Assembly: GCA_964035545.1 (NCBI GenBank)
Contig: OZ037773.1
Span: forward strand, 7,159,751-7,223,750
Direction of reading: 5' to 3'
DNA length: 64,000 bases
DNA from: Bugula neritina
Lineage: Eukaryota; Animalia; Bryozoa
Part shown: positions 39,863 through 53,339 of the stretch, piece after piece
How positions within the stretch are numbered: position 1 is the stretch's first letter
Layout of the letters: every line of letters begins with the position of its first letter
The notes under the pieces: generated by a model
What the model saw: the letters and a program-made list of their open reading frames with translations, nothing else
What the model was told of the DNA's origin: nothing
The model's database searches: none
Made by a program: the position numbers and the translations under genes

Positions 39863-42800
39863 ATGCCAAGAAAAGCGCAGAAGTTATGTGTTGAGCTGAC
39901 CATTAGTAAGGTAATTTAAACTAAATAATAATTATGCAAAATCAAACTTAAACACATACTTTATAGATTAAGAGCAGTTGTTATTGTTTAAGTTTGCTTT
40001 CATTTTACTACTCTCTCGTCATATCAAGCAATGTTACAACCTAGAGAGAAATATGGTGTTTAGTGAAGTCATTAGTTCACTTAAAACAATGCAAAATTTG
40101 TTAAAAAAAACAGTTAATAATAAAATAACTTTTCTAGACCAAACCTTTTATAGTATACTAAATCGGCTTCTTGTTTTTAAGTTATTCCAAACATTGCTAT
40201 TATCATTTTGTGTAGATCATTGTTGAGTTTGACTGTCACTTGCTGCTATGTACTTTTAAGGTCACTTGCCCAGGGGTGTGGCTAAGAAATAATAATGAAA
40301 TTTACCTCAGTATATGCATGTTTGGCAAGTACCAGCGTACTTCGCTCACGGAGCCCGTTTTCCCTCTTATATTCATGGAGAAGTTCAGGTTTGAAAAGGT
40401 CTTCTACTCTGCTATAGATCCTGCTGAAGTATCAGAGTTTATTGAAGGTGATTGAACTGTACTCCACTGACTTGAGTATCTAAATGTATAAAGTTGAATA
40501 TATTTAGTACTTGACTGTGATATTAATCGAAATTTTAGTCAGATTACCAAAATTTATTTTTGGTTATTCGATTTTTTTGACAAAATAAAATGCTCAAAAT
40601 TAAGTCATAGACAGGAACAATTAAAAACAAATTTGAAATCAAAATTAATTCTGCAAAATTACCAGTCAAATCGTTTCATGTTTTGCAAAGCTCGTTTCTC
40701 TGTTGTCAAACTAAATGCAGTTGAGTGTTGAAATTAATTGATTAGAATGCCACTAGTTCCCCTATTTCAGTGAGCATGTTAATACTAAATAGGTAATTAA
40801 ATTCTTACCATGTAATTCAATTACTATGTATCAATAGCAAATGTAATTTGGAATGTTTATCAAAGTTCTGTTTTAGTCTTAGACATGAATGTGTAGACTT
40901 TAAAGTTATTTCAGTGCAATTTGATATTCTCAGTTTGAAATTGTATTACAACTATAACAGTTGATCAAAAATAAATATACTTGTATGTGCCTTATGAGGA
41001 AAGAAAATTATTTTGGAACAGATTGTATAAAGGGAGTATAAGGGGTGTCTCAATGCTGCTTTCCTATAACCAATTTCATCTCTTTACTATACAGAATAGG
41101 CTTTCACATGCACTTGGCTTTACTTTGGGTATATTAGATAGTTTTTTTTAGAATTTCTGCTGTTTCTAAAGATTTATAATAATTTCCCTGATCATCTTTG
41201 GTTTATTTTTTAATTTTGTAATATAACAATAAGTACACCCACAATACTAGGATTTCTTACATGTATATAAATCACATAAAATTTAATAATACTCGTCTAT
41301 ATATTCACCACAGATGAAGATGTGATATTTGAGTTGGTGCAGTTAGCCCCTGAGTCTACAGCTGGAGCAGTTCTATTGGCTTCTTTTCAACGCAATGTCA
41401 GAGACTTCCTGTATCCGTACCCACAACTCCTGCCTTCGTACGGGGCGTCTGATAGGGAGGTGTTGATGGAGAAGAGTTGGGACTTTCCAGTGAGTAGCAT
41501 ATAACTCAAGTACTACTCAGTATTCTAGTAGTGTGCTCAAGTTCTACTCTGTACTCAAGTACTACTCTGTACTTTACTACTATATATACTCAAGTACTAC
41601 TCTGTACTGCTCTGTACTCTGGTAGTGCTCTATATTTTAGTAATGTCCTCAAGTTCTACTGTGTACTCTAATACTATGTTCAAGCACTACTCAGTAATTT
41701 AGTAATGTGCTCTAGTACTACTTTGTACTCTTTGTACTCAAGTAATACTCTGTACTCTACTGCTATACTCAAATACTATTTTGTGCTCTAGTACTTATTT
41801 ATCTACTTGAAGTTACTGAGCTTCATCATATCAATACAGTTCACTCACATCTTCCAAGTGTTTTAATCCAACTGTGAGTAGGCCAGGCACACTAACCAAA
41901 TCCGCGTTTTTGGCAAAATAAAATTAGAGTTGTCTTCTTTGTTAAGAATGATCTATTGCTGTCTTCTCCTCAACATTTAATATGTGTATCCCTCACTTAG
42001 GGAAGTATTTTGTGTCTGTAATATTTTATTCAATTATTTGTGCCTAGGGAATTGCCCCGAGGTTAGAATTTGGATCTCATGCTAAAGTCAAAGAAGTGAA
42101 GGTGCCAAAGCACATGCGAGATGCTCTCAATAATGAATTTTCAGTGAGTGTGAAGTACTTAGATTCTTGATAAATCTATCAATTATAATGAGTATCAATA
42201 ACCTTTCATTTAGCCGAATATGCTGTGAAATAGTGGTGTTTTTGTAGATGCTAAAAGTATAATTTATAAAGAGGTTTTTTCTACAAAACTCATAGTTTTT
42301 CTGGCATGCAATTAAATTTTTAATTACTATATTATTTGGAAAACAAAAGTAGTTGATTTAAAAAGAGTGAAATACCTTTCTCAGACTGAAAAGTTATTAG
42401 GTTTCTATAAAATCCAGCTTTAATGTAGTTCCATAATAAGTTATTTGCTCTTGCAGCCTCATTATATATTATTTCCGTAAACACTGCACAGGGCGCTCTT
42501 CCCAGCATGCTTTGCAGCTGCAGATACCACTTCCTTCCTGTTTCAGTCTGTAGGATATACAGCCCGAGCTCGTCCAAGAAGTCCTTCTCCCAAGACGTTT
42601 ATATATCCCGATTCGGACGAAGAAGCTAAAGGCTACCAAGAACCAACTGTCTCCTCTATAACTCGGTCAAGGTCACTGTCACCACGGCAACGGGCTAAAT
42701 TGAGATCTTTGGCAGACAGGCCGCAGTTTCTAGTGAGAAAAGTGAGTACTAAGTCGTTGTTAAATGGGATGTTGGTTATGTAGAGGAGTGCAACTTTACA

Positions 42801-44757
42801 GCCTTTGTTTACAATCGCCAGACACATGCTGTTTATGGTACAATGTCTAAATATAATTGGATGATTCATAGGTAATAGCATAGTTCAGTCATTTTAGTCC
42901 AGCAATTAGACGGGTGGTAAACTGACTCCCCATGCCTTTACTAGCAGAGTTTTCCTTCACTAAAGACAGTGGAAATCAGCATCTGATCAGAAAGTGTACA
43001 GAATGTTTTATTGTAGCATTGTTGCTTTACAGGCTTTAAGAGAAAAAGCTACGTAAAGCCTTCAGATAAAAAACTACTGCTTCATGTAGATACTGACTGT
43101 TTTAGGCTCTTTCTTTATGACTCAACCGATTAACGTATTTTATACTAAATAAAGATTACTCACATAACACTGCAGGTACCAATGTTATGTAGACAAACTC
43201 TGAGGTAATAGTTTAGCCTGAGGTTCCAAGTATTTTTTAGACGGATGAGTCATTGATATTAAGGTCACCTGGTTCATCTTCCAGAAAAAAGAAGCACCGA
43301 ACTAAATCAGCGCAAACTAGTGTCTTACGTTCTTGCGACAAGGTCAGATCTTCTACTGCACCCCCTCCTTTTTATTCCGATGAAGGTAAGACAACACCTG
43401 CATGTTATTAACGTTTTATAGCTAAGGTGCGTTCACACAATATTATAAATTATCTTTAGGTGTGTTCACGCAGTCTTACACATTGTAGCAAAGGTATCGA
43501 CTCAGTCATACAGATTACACACACATATATATGGAGGTTATTTTGTAAACCCACTGTCTATCACATAGCAGTCATTGGCTTGTGACTACTTGGTTTAACC
43601 GATGACTGCTGCTTTCTTAATGATTATCTGCCCGCCATTTAATATGTACAATGTTTGCGAGTAGAATCAGACGTGGAGTATACAGGAAGTTACCGCAGGC
43701 GACAAACTCGATCTGTTCCCGAACCAGTTTTACCCGCCAGGAGAAGCCCAAGTCCCTTAACCTACAGAAAGTCTCTTCGGGAACGGTAGGCTATCCCTCA
43801 ACACTTTAGCATAGAATGTAGGAGCGGTAGGCTATTGTCGAGTGTCCAATGGAGAAGTTGCTGAGGGTTTGACTAGCAGTCGAAATACTGGAAAAATGAT
43901 AATGTTACGGTTTAGCTGTAGCATCCGATTCGTTCTGGATTTTTTTTCCTGGTAGTCTTTTTACAAGTAATAGAAAGTGTTTTTGTTGAGAAATTATCAT
44001 TTGTATATATGAAACTTCAATTTTCATTCTTTTAATGCTTGTTGTAATAAAAGGTGTAAGTTTTAAACAAGTTAAACAATCATGTTTGCAGGTACCGGGA
44101 TGTGGAGTCCATAGAAGACGAGTGGAGGAGGAGGAGGGTTGAGAGAGCAGAGAGGGCCTTAGCTGAATCCCTGGCCAGCTCTTACCTCACTGTAAGTCTT
44201 TGTGTCTATGGTTACCATGGTAATTACGGTATTATGGTTACTGTGGTTGCCAGAGTAACCATGGTTGCTAGGGTTACTGTGGTTACCATGGTAATTACGG
44301 TAACCATGGTTACCAATATCTCTAGAAGCTATTGTCAGTAATTATAGAGCTTGTATCTGTTGCCATCTTAGTAACCTAAATAAACCTAGATAAATATGTC
44401 TAATATCAGTTTCTATTGTATACTGATATCTCTGTTATAGACAGTTGTGTAATTCATGTTTGACAATTGTTTGCAATATGTGCATGAATTGTGTTATATA
44501 TCCGTGAACGTCTGTCTTTTTATTACCAGGCATGAAAAGCTAGCAAGTGAAATCATAGTTATTAAACTTTCAATTGCCTCATGGAGTTAGACTTAAATAC
44601 AAAGTCATATTTATGGGCAGTCATGCAAGAAGCAGCCTATTAGCAGTTGTGTAACTCAGGATATTGTGCTATATTGTAGAGATCAATGCTGAGCTACTCT
44701 GATTCATTGGAAGATTTAGCAGATGACTTTGACAGGTCAAGGTTGTTTGGTTACTGA
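39863..44757 (+). CDS. SPATA6: Spermatogenesis-associated protein 6-like; 9 exons (39863-39910, 40261-40447, 41314-41489, 42048-42143, 42553-42741, 43241-43385, ~43664-43786, 44092-44191, 44680-44757)
   Basis: MPRKAQKLCVELTISK|VTCPGVWL..IYLSICMFG..PVFPLIFMEKFRFEKVF..DPAEV..FELVQL..RDFLYPYP..DREVLM..FP|GIAPRLEF..RPQFLVRK is the SPATA6 N-terminal domain; C-terminal exons are less certain. Confidence 0.9.
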
Positions 44758-46797
44758 GCAACTCTCAATGTATTTTAATCAGTGATTTATTACTAGTATG
44801 TAGATTAGACTGATTTGAATTTAGAAACTGCTTTGTAACAATAGCTTGCAGGTAACAATTAGATAACCTATAGAGTTTAATCTGTGTGAATGAATTTTAG
44901 TTTAGAATTTTTTGCTACTGTAAAACTATATTTTTAATATATTTACTTTTTGTCCACTATTGATAGTGTGCTCTAATGAACCGTAGGTGCCATTTTATTC
45001 TGCTTCAAATTATTAGAATATAATTTATTTTTGTGTTGCTTTACGATACACCAAACTGTATTTGTCTTTTTCTTACTGGCTCTATTTTTGTGTGATTTGT
45101 TTGTTCTGTTTTTTTTTCGTTATGAATATTATAACTGTTTAAAGCGTATATTATACAACGTAAACTAGTTATGTTATATTCAGAGTTTCTTGGCAAAAGA
45201 GAATGTAACTCCAAAGTCATGCTACGTGTCGATGAGTTAGAAGCTTTTGGTGGAATTTACTTATTGGGATTGAGTTAAAATTCCCAACTATAACATTTAT
45301 ATTGTATATCTTTACACAATATATTTTATTTCTCAATGCACTTCAAGTTTTCAAGTTCATGCAACAATAAATCAAATACTCAGAAGCACCTGATTCATCC
45401 TGTCACCTTTTATTGTGTGCTGACACCTTGTGTAGAGTGTCAATCTACTTGTGCTGTAATCTCATTGGTCAGTTGAAATGCTTGATATTTAAGTGGCAAC
45501 TAGCTTTGGTAGGGGTGCATTGGCAACTAGAGGTGGTAAGTGGCGGATCGTGGTAGAGATAGCTATGGAGGGGGTGGAGGAGTAACTATAGAAGTCGTAA
45601 GTGGCGTATTGTTTAAGTGTATTACACTACAAGTCTTCTCTACTCCTAGCTATATTTTTCTGTATACTTCTGTGTGTAGGTACTAGTGAATAATTAGGGA
45701 AATTGTCAGCAATGCAATAAAACGCTGACTAAAAGGTGGCAGTAGTAATACACATTCAGCCATTGCTGTGACTCTCATAGGAATGTAAAAGCAGAAAATC
45801 TACCGTGTGACCCACAAGTGTTTATACTGTGAAAGGATTTGACTCTTAGTCATGATCTCTAAAAGGTGAAATTTATCACTATGATGGGCCCACGAGTTAG
45901 TTGCACTAAATATTCCATCAAAGCAAGCTGTAAATGTTCAATTTATGAGATTATTAGAATAATTGCTTATTTTATAGTTTCTTCAAATTACAAAAACATA
46001 ATATTTGGTTACAGAAAAAGAAGGGGGTGAACACACTACTGGGTCGTAAAAGGGATGCATCAGCTTCTGTGTAACATGCAGTTACACAGAAAAAAGTCAG
46101 TATCCTATTGGTTGAACAATAGCAATACTGATAGTACTTAGCAATAAAGAAATAGCAATACTGATAGTACTTAGCAATAAAGAAATAGCAATATTGCTAG
46201 CATTTAGCCACAGTCAAATAGCAAATTTTTGCATAGCTCATAAAATAAATAGTACATAATATACAGTAGATTCGACCTGAATATAACGTCAAGCAGTAGG
46301 AATTACTGTATGATTCTCAATCAAAAGTAGGTATTGCAATAAACTTGGTAAAATCTACAGCTTGCAGTTAAATATAACCGTTGAATATTGCACATGTTAT
46401 CACATGTTCAACTGGAGAAAATTTAATTTTGAAAATATTGTGTAGACGAATTTTTAGTACTGACCTTGAGCATATTTTTAGAAATTTATTTACTCTTGCT
46501 GCTACGAATCTCAATGTTCTTTACAGTTTTTTATGCTTTACTCGGCTACTATGTGGTTCAAGATACAAATGTAAGCGTAGGCAACTTCCCTTAGTGCCGT
46601 TGCTTGTTTAGAATATAGCTGATATTTGTAGAAATAAGTATTCAGCACGTTGTACTATTCCATTTGACCTCTATGTGACTCATAAAGCGTTTTATTATAG
46701 CTACTGTAGGTATAAAAGTCAATTTAAATCAAGCACTTTCATTGGTCTGTTGACCAATAAAATATGGAATATCGACTAATGAAACAATTCAGAGATT

Positions 46798-49700
46798 TCA
46801 TTGGCTGTTAATATCATATTTTAAGAGTCCTTCGTAAGCGCCAGCAACCCACAGCTGGTTTTCTATCACACACATGCTGGTTACCTCATTTAGAATACTT
46901 CCATCCGGCAGTTTAAGGTAGCTCAGTATTTTCTCTTTCAGCTCACCTGTCAAATAATAATATAATGTGTCAGATATATCATTATATTAAACTTTCCTAC
47001 AGTCAGCATATAACCCAGTTAAAGAATGATTGTTCAGAAATCGTAGCACACCAAAACTTTTTACACCAAACAGCCTCAGAGTAAATTCAAAGCCTCATTA
47101 ATCTGTTATTTTGCTTTTTGATTATAAACTTCAAGTGCTGTTAAATACCATACAAGCACAAAATAAAAGTTTAAAAGATTCATCTCCCCATTACCACATG
47201 AAGCTTGAAGTGGAATATTTATCGGAATCATCTCTTATGTCAACTTATCTAAAGAACAGCTTATAAAGGTGCACAATCATGACTAAATAAAATAAGCTGG
47301 TCTCCCTCTAAAAGTGTATACTCTTGCCTGTTTCTGAGTCAAATATGAAGATGCCTTCACTCGAATAGGACTTCACCCACAATTCTTTGTTTGCTTCATG
47401 AAAGCAGACGGCCATTGGTTTTGTGACATGACAGCTCCAGACCAGTTTGTTTTCTTTGCAGTCAATTTTGCTGACCGTGTTTGAAGACTGGCTAGTTACT
47501 ACTATGCTGTCAGGGGGACATAAGCACATAAACTTTGGCTTCTTGAGTACTTGGTGCTTTATCGTCGTCTGTGGAACTCCATAGATTGAATAGACACTGA
47601 GACTATGAAGATCTGGGTTCGTAACATACACATTCTTGTTGCTAACAGCCAGGTGACCCACTGACTTGCTGTCCGAGACCGACCAGCGTGTCATTTCCTG
47701 GTACTCGGAACCGTACACAATCACTTCCCTTTTACCGGGTCCAAATCTGAACAACGCATAAACTCGGTTTGTGTATTTCTGTGCAGAGAGACAAGCACTA
47801 GCAGTTTTGGGTGCTTGTTCCTGTATGTGATCACTGCCGCACAGCGCCCCTTGTCTGTATTTGAGGACGCAGAAGTGTGCCAGTCGGCTTATGAATATTT
47901 CCCGGTCATTCTCAAAAACATCTAAACACAGGCCTTTCAGTACGACGGAGCCATCGCCAAAGCTGTAGCTTGGTCGAGAACTGTCTGTAAAAGTTATAGA
48001 AATTAGATAGTTATCACTACAATAAAGTTCAATAGCTTAAATTCTATAGGAATATTATTCTGTTTTAAGGCCCAGTTTTTGAGAAAGTCAGACTAGGTAT
48101 GTCTGTTTTCAGAAGCACATAATTTCACAACTTTTTGTGAGAACCACACTATAAGCACTTGATGCTGTTTCATAAAGCTATTCATGGAACATTTTACCTT
48201 TATGGGTTTACCAGCCTCACTACTTTGACTTACTTTAAGCAGTCTCAGAAGCTGTTCTCATGGATAACTTTGAACTGCTTACCAATTGAATAAAACTCTG
48301 GTTGCAACCTGTATTAGTACTGTATGCTTTGGGCTCTAACCTACTAACTTACTTTTACTAATTGAATTTTGGAATATTTACCAGCTGGTGTAGAGTTTAG
48401 ACTGTCAGCCTCATCTTCAGATATTTCCTGGCTATCATCTGGCGGATTTAAATGACAACTCCTAAAAGGCAAAACCTCGTCTTCTTTTCCTGACTGCTCT
48501 GTTGGTATATTTCTATGAATAATTGATTGGTGCTTTAGTGACGTGTCTTTTTCTACATTGTTAGCTGAACTGAATTTAAGATCATTCTTCATATTTGGAA
48601 CAGGTAACTGCGTGCTATCTTGGAAAAAGTCAGCTGTTACATTTTCGTATGTTGGTCCTTTATTCTTTGCTGAACTTTTATTTAAGAAGATTGGATTAAA
48701 CGGTATTATTTCTGATGTTATGTATGTGTCCTCATCCTCATTTGAACAGTCATCTCCTCTTGAACTACTATCCTCTTTAGAATTTCGATCGTCTTTTGAA
48801 CTACTATCTTCTTTTGAACTACCATCTTCTTTTGAACTACCATCTTCTTTTGAACTACCATCTTCTTTTGAACTACCATCTTCTTTTGAACTATTGTTCT
48901 CTTCTGAATTAACATCGTCTTTTGGAATACCATCTTCTTTTTCATAGAGAGTACCATCTAAAAGCATAAAATACACCCAGGTCATAATTTAACTTGAATA
49001 TTTCTGCCATAGAAACATTCTTCTGGCTCTCAACTTTAGTTTCAGACTTGAATTTTTGGTTCCATATTTATAAAGTTCAAATTGGTTGCTTTATTTCACA
49101 GATCAGCAAAATTTATAAATATGTTTACAGTTTTACAATCTCAGACACATTGACAGCCATTAATGTTTAGCAACAGCATAGTAAGTATGCATGCATCTAC
49201 TTATCGGATAATCTAGCTGCTTATACAGTCTATAAAGATCAGGCACTAATTAACTGAAATAGTTAGAAGTTGAAAGCAGTCAAACATCAATGGAGTTTAG
49301 GTAAAGATGGCACAGGTAATAATGACAGAAATTGAAAAATAGTAAGTAAAAATGCCATTTTGACTTACTTTTCTATTTGTCCCAATTTTACCTGTGCCAT
49401 TTTACCAGACGCCATATAAATTAGTCAAAAAATCTTCCCCATGCGGTTCATTTTAAGAATCAGACATTTACCTGAAGAAAGTTGACTTATGAGTTTAATA
49501 AAATCTCTATCATCAAGGCTTTTAATGCCACTCTGGTACCGATCTAAAACATCCCGGTTTTCTTCAATCTTTTTAGTAATATCTGCAATATCTTGAGATT
49601 TTACACCTGCTTCTTGAATAGCTTCTCGAATGTTCGCAACAGTTGCTTCTGATATTTCCTTTTTTATACCGGTCAACAATTGGTTTCGCTGTAAAATTCA

Positions 49701-52700
49701 TTAATAATTAGTTTTAAAAATGGTACCAGTGCTTTGATCAATTCTCATATAAAATGTAGATTTAAATCCATGACTTTTTAGTTAGTTAGTTAAACTAGCC
49801 ATTAGTCCATGTTTTAACCACTATACCACACTCTAACCACTATACCACACTCTAACCACTATACCACACTCTAACCACCATACCACACTCTAACCACTAT
49901 ATTACACTCTAACCACTATACCACACTCTAACCACTATACCACACTCTAACCACTATACCACACTCTAACCAGTATACCACACTCTAACCACTATACCAC
50001 ACTCTAACCACTATACCACACTCTAACCACCATACCACACTCTAACCACTATACCACACTCTAACCAGTATACCACACTCTAACCACTATACCACACTCT
50101 AACCACTATACCACACTCTAACCACCATACCACACTCTAACCACTATATCACACTCTAACCACTATACCACACTCTAACAACCATACCACACTCTAACCA
50201 CTATACCACACTCTAACCACCATACCACACTCTAACCACTATACCACACTCTAACCAGTATACCACACTCTAACCACCATACCACACTCTAACCACTATG
50301 CCACACTCTAACCACTATGCCACACTCTAACCACTAAACCACACTCTATCCACTATACCACACTCTAACCACTATACCACACTCTAACCACTATACCACA
50401 CCCCAACCACTAAACCACACTCTAACCACTATACCATACTCTAACCACTATACCACACTCTAACCACTGAACCATACTCTAACCACTACACCACACTCTA
50501 ACCACTAAACCACACTCTAACCACTAAACCAAGCAGGAATTATGACTGAAGAGCTGATACAGCTGATAAAATCGCAGACTGAGATTACAGATAACAGTTG
50601 GTTACATACCAACCTCTACTAGAAAACATATTATATTCTTAAATCAGAATAACGTAGAGAATTTTATTTTAAGCTGTTTTGCTAGCCTTAAGTAATGGTA
50701 AATTGATAAGATGTTCTATGAGGTAGTTACATATCAGCAACCACAGTTTTTAAACAGACTTAATTGGTTGCTGATCATTACTAAACTCGAGAACGACTTG
50801 TAGTAAGTAGTCAATAAGTGTACATAACTTACTTGTCATAGAATGAACAACTATACATACTTACTTCTTGTAAAATGAATAACTGCACATTACTTACTTT
50901 TTGTAGAATGAATAAGTGTACATACTTTACTTGTCATAGGATTAATAGCTATATATAACTTACTTCTTGTATGAGTTCATCTATCTTTGCTTGTCTAACC
51001 TCCTTCCAGCCCTGATACCTGGTCTTGTATGTGTCCTTCAGCTCAGCATTGTAATCTGTGGCTCTGTGGGTTGAGCCTTGGTGACACCCAGGTTTACCGG
51101 AACATCTGAAGCAGACAAGAGCTTACACTCTCTGGCCAGACAGAAAACACTATCGTCTTATTTGAGTTAGGTAGGTGCAGTAATGGAGAAATTGAGAAAA
51201 GCTTGTGTTCTAGATTAGAAATGTTGCAAAAGAAGTTATATTTTCACAAGAATTTCAACCTGTCCCAAACTGAAATTTAAACAAAAAAATTACGAACTTG
51301 GGCTATCTCAATTTCTCCACTACTGCTCCTAAATTAAATTGGTCTATGAGCTATAAGTAGATTTGTTGCACAGCTTATCCACGTATTCGATCCAAATTGA
51401 GTAGTAAAACTTGGAGTTGTCATAACTATTTGAAAATACAATTTTATATTAAATGCACATGAGTAACACTGAGAAATAAACTTCAAATTAACCAGAGTTG
51501 CTAGTACCCACCTATCTATCAAATATTTAAAAGGTAGTGTAAGAGTAATGTAAGACTCAAAGTACGAAGTCATGGGTTCGAGCTTGACAAAGACCATTGG
51601 TAATGCTAGGAAGAGTAACCAGTCATAATTGCCCCATTTGAAGAAGTCCTTGCCCAATTTAGCAAAAAAACCTTTTTCATCAGGGGCTTTCTCACAGAGA
51701 TAGTAACTATAAACTTGAGTGAGTTTTTTTAAGACCGAAAGTAAGACTATTCAACAACTACAGATATTTTTAACCTTGTAACTTAAAGCTACAGTGACTA
51801 CAAAACTAAACTGTATGAACACACAACCTCAAAGCTGTATGTAACAAGTAGAGAAGATGCTTCGGAATATTTAGATAATTGTAACCAAACAGCTCTACTT
51901 TTAGGCTAACCAATCATATTTCTCACCTGTAACAGAGGAACTTCATGCAGTTGGCGCAGTACATGTCTACAAGCCTCTTGCACCATTCTCTTTCACAGAT
52001 CTCTGCCTTATCTACAGTTACAAATATATTACTAATACTCACCCTGAAAACTGGAATATGCTGTATATTTTAGAATTACAAGAGTTATCTCCCTTTTTCA
52101 ATGACATATGGCGTAAAGTTATGCACGTACAGTCAGTATTTCCTTGAGTTTAGGGAGCAAATACAATTTAAAGCAATCACTATATAAAAGTCAAAGTCAT
52201 TATTGAAAATTGTGCCATAGAGCAGATGTTTTTTGGAAAAGCAGTATCCAGTGCATTAAAGCTGCTATAGCCTAGATTTACAAGGAAAAAGCTGCTTTTT
52301 AAGAAATTCTTAAGCTTTAAATAAGTGATTGTAGAAAAAAGGTATGTTGAGAAAAAATAGCCATCTAAATTCCAACTAATAAATGTTATTATTGCTGATA
52401 ATAGTTTAGCATCTTGTAAGTTTCTTGGCAGGTAGCCAGGTATATAATATTGCATGTGGTTTGCATGACAATAATTTTTGCTAATCTTACATGTAACCAG
52501 TAGTCAATGTTAGGGGGTAAACAGAGGTACTCAATGCCCCACAATATCTTTGCTTTTGCCGAAGCACACTCTACTGTCTCCCTTCTAGAAATTTCCCATT
52601 CACTCTCAACTCAAATGCCAATATTAGTCATTATATGCTTTAAGGACACCCTCATTTTGTTCAGACTTTGACTGCTGATGGCAACTTAGTGTGACTAACC

Positions 52701-53339
52701 TGGCAAGTGATGGAATTGCTTCATTTGATTAAGAATGTACAGGTCTTGCTTAGGGTTTATGGCTATTTTACACATAGGATACCCTTTCTCTGTGTCTTGT
52801 AACTCCTTATTGCAGAAGCTGCACTGTTTACTGGGCCCTTTTAGGATTTTGTCTAAAATCAATCAATATAAATATACTAATAAAGTTTCTAATATCTAAA
52901 ATCAATGTATATATAGCTATATTGCTACATATGACATAGATCATTCACAAGCATTCTACTTAAACTGTAACCAAGCATAATCAACTTTGAAACCACAATG
53001 GTTATCAGTGTAAGATGTTCCATTATTGATAGCTGTCATTCAAACATCTAGCCTAAGTTCTTTAATTTTATTATTAAGTTTTGGTTTAGAACGAGGGTTG
53101 AAATTCTTATTCTTGTGCTACAGTCCTAATCTAGAACACAGGCTTTTCTCAATTTCTTCCTACCTAACTCAAATAAGTGAAAAATAACTAAAATTAATCA
53201 ACAAGTAGTAGAGAACTAGCTATTTGCTCATCTTACCAAGACATTCCACACACATGGCATGTTGACAAGGTAGTAGCCTCAATACTCGCGAATTATTGCA
53301 TATTCCACACCGAACATAAGCATCAGCTGATTCCGCCAT
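46798..53339 (-). CDS. TRIM-like protein: RING, B-box-like, coiled coil, acidic linker, NHL-like beta-propeller; 8 exons (~53237-53339, 52700-52853, 51927-52011, 50964-51105, 49471-49689, 48381-48957, 47328-47985, 46798-46947)
   Basis: MAESADAYVRCGIC..LLPCQHAMCVECL|..CSFC (C3HC4 RING); C..C..MYCANCMKFLCYRC..CH..H; helical segment; propeller-like blades (HLAVSNKNVYVT, KPKFMCL..SIVVT, KPMAVC..ELWV). Phases consistent; internal boundaries approximate. Confidence 0.75.
48760..48900 (-). repeat. Coding 18-bp repeat encoding (SSKEDG)n in the TRIM-like linker
   Basis: Visible array TCTTCTTTTGAACTACCA, in frame in ORF 48344-48985. Confidence 0.9.
49300..49407. mobile_element. Short palindromic MITE-like element; related half-copy at ~12337-12410
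   Basis: GGTAAAGATGGCACAGGTAA ... TTACCTGTGCCATTTTACC inverted arms; shared ATGGCACAGGTAATAAT in a TMEM26 intron. Confidence 0.55.
49815..50531. repeat. 19-bp minisatellite (TAACCACTATACCACACTC)n, about 37 units
   Basis: Homogeneous visible array in a TRIM-like gene intron. Confidence 0.95.
51157..51339. mobile_element. MITE-like element with imperfect TIRs; second copy in opposite orientation at ~53047-53178
   Basis: GCAGTAATGGAGAAATTGAGAAAAGC ... GCTATCTCAATTTCTCCACTACTGC; 53126-53178 is the near reverse complement of 51157-51218. Confidence 0.6.

Noticed and set aside
48543-48947. Plus-strand 134-aa ORF with SSFELP repeats
   Set aside because: Antisense of the SSKEDG coding repeat.
49815-50531. 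Interstitial telomeric repeat
   Set aside because: The 19-bp unit lacks TTAGGG/TTAGG; an ordinary minisatellite.
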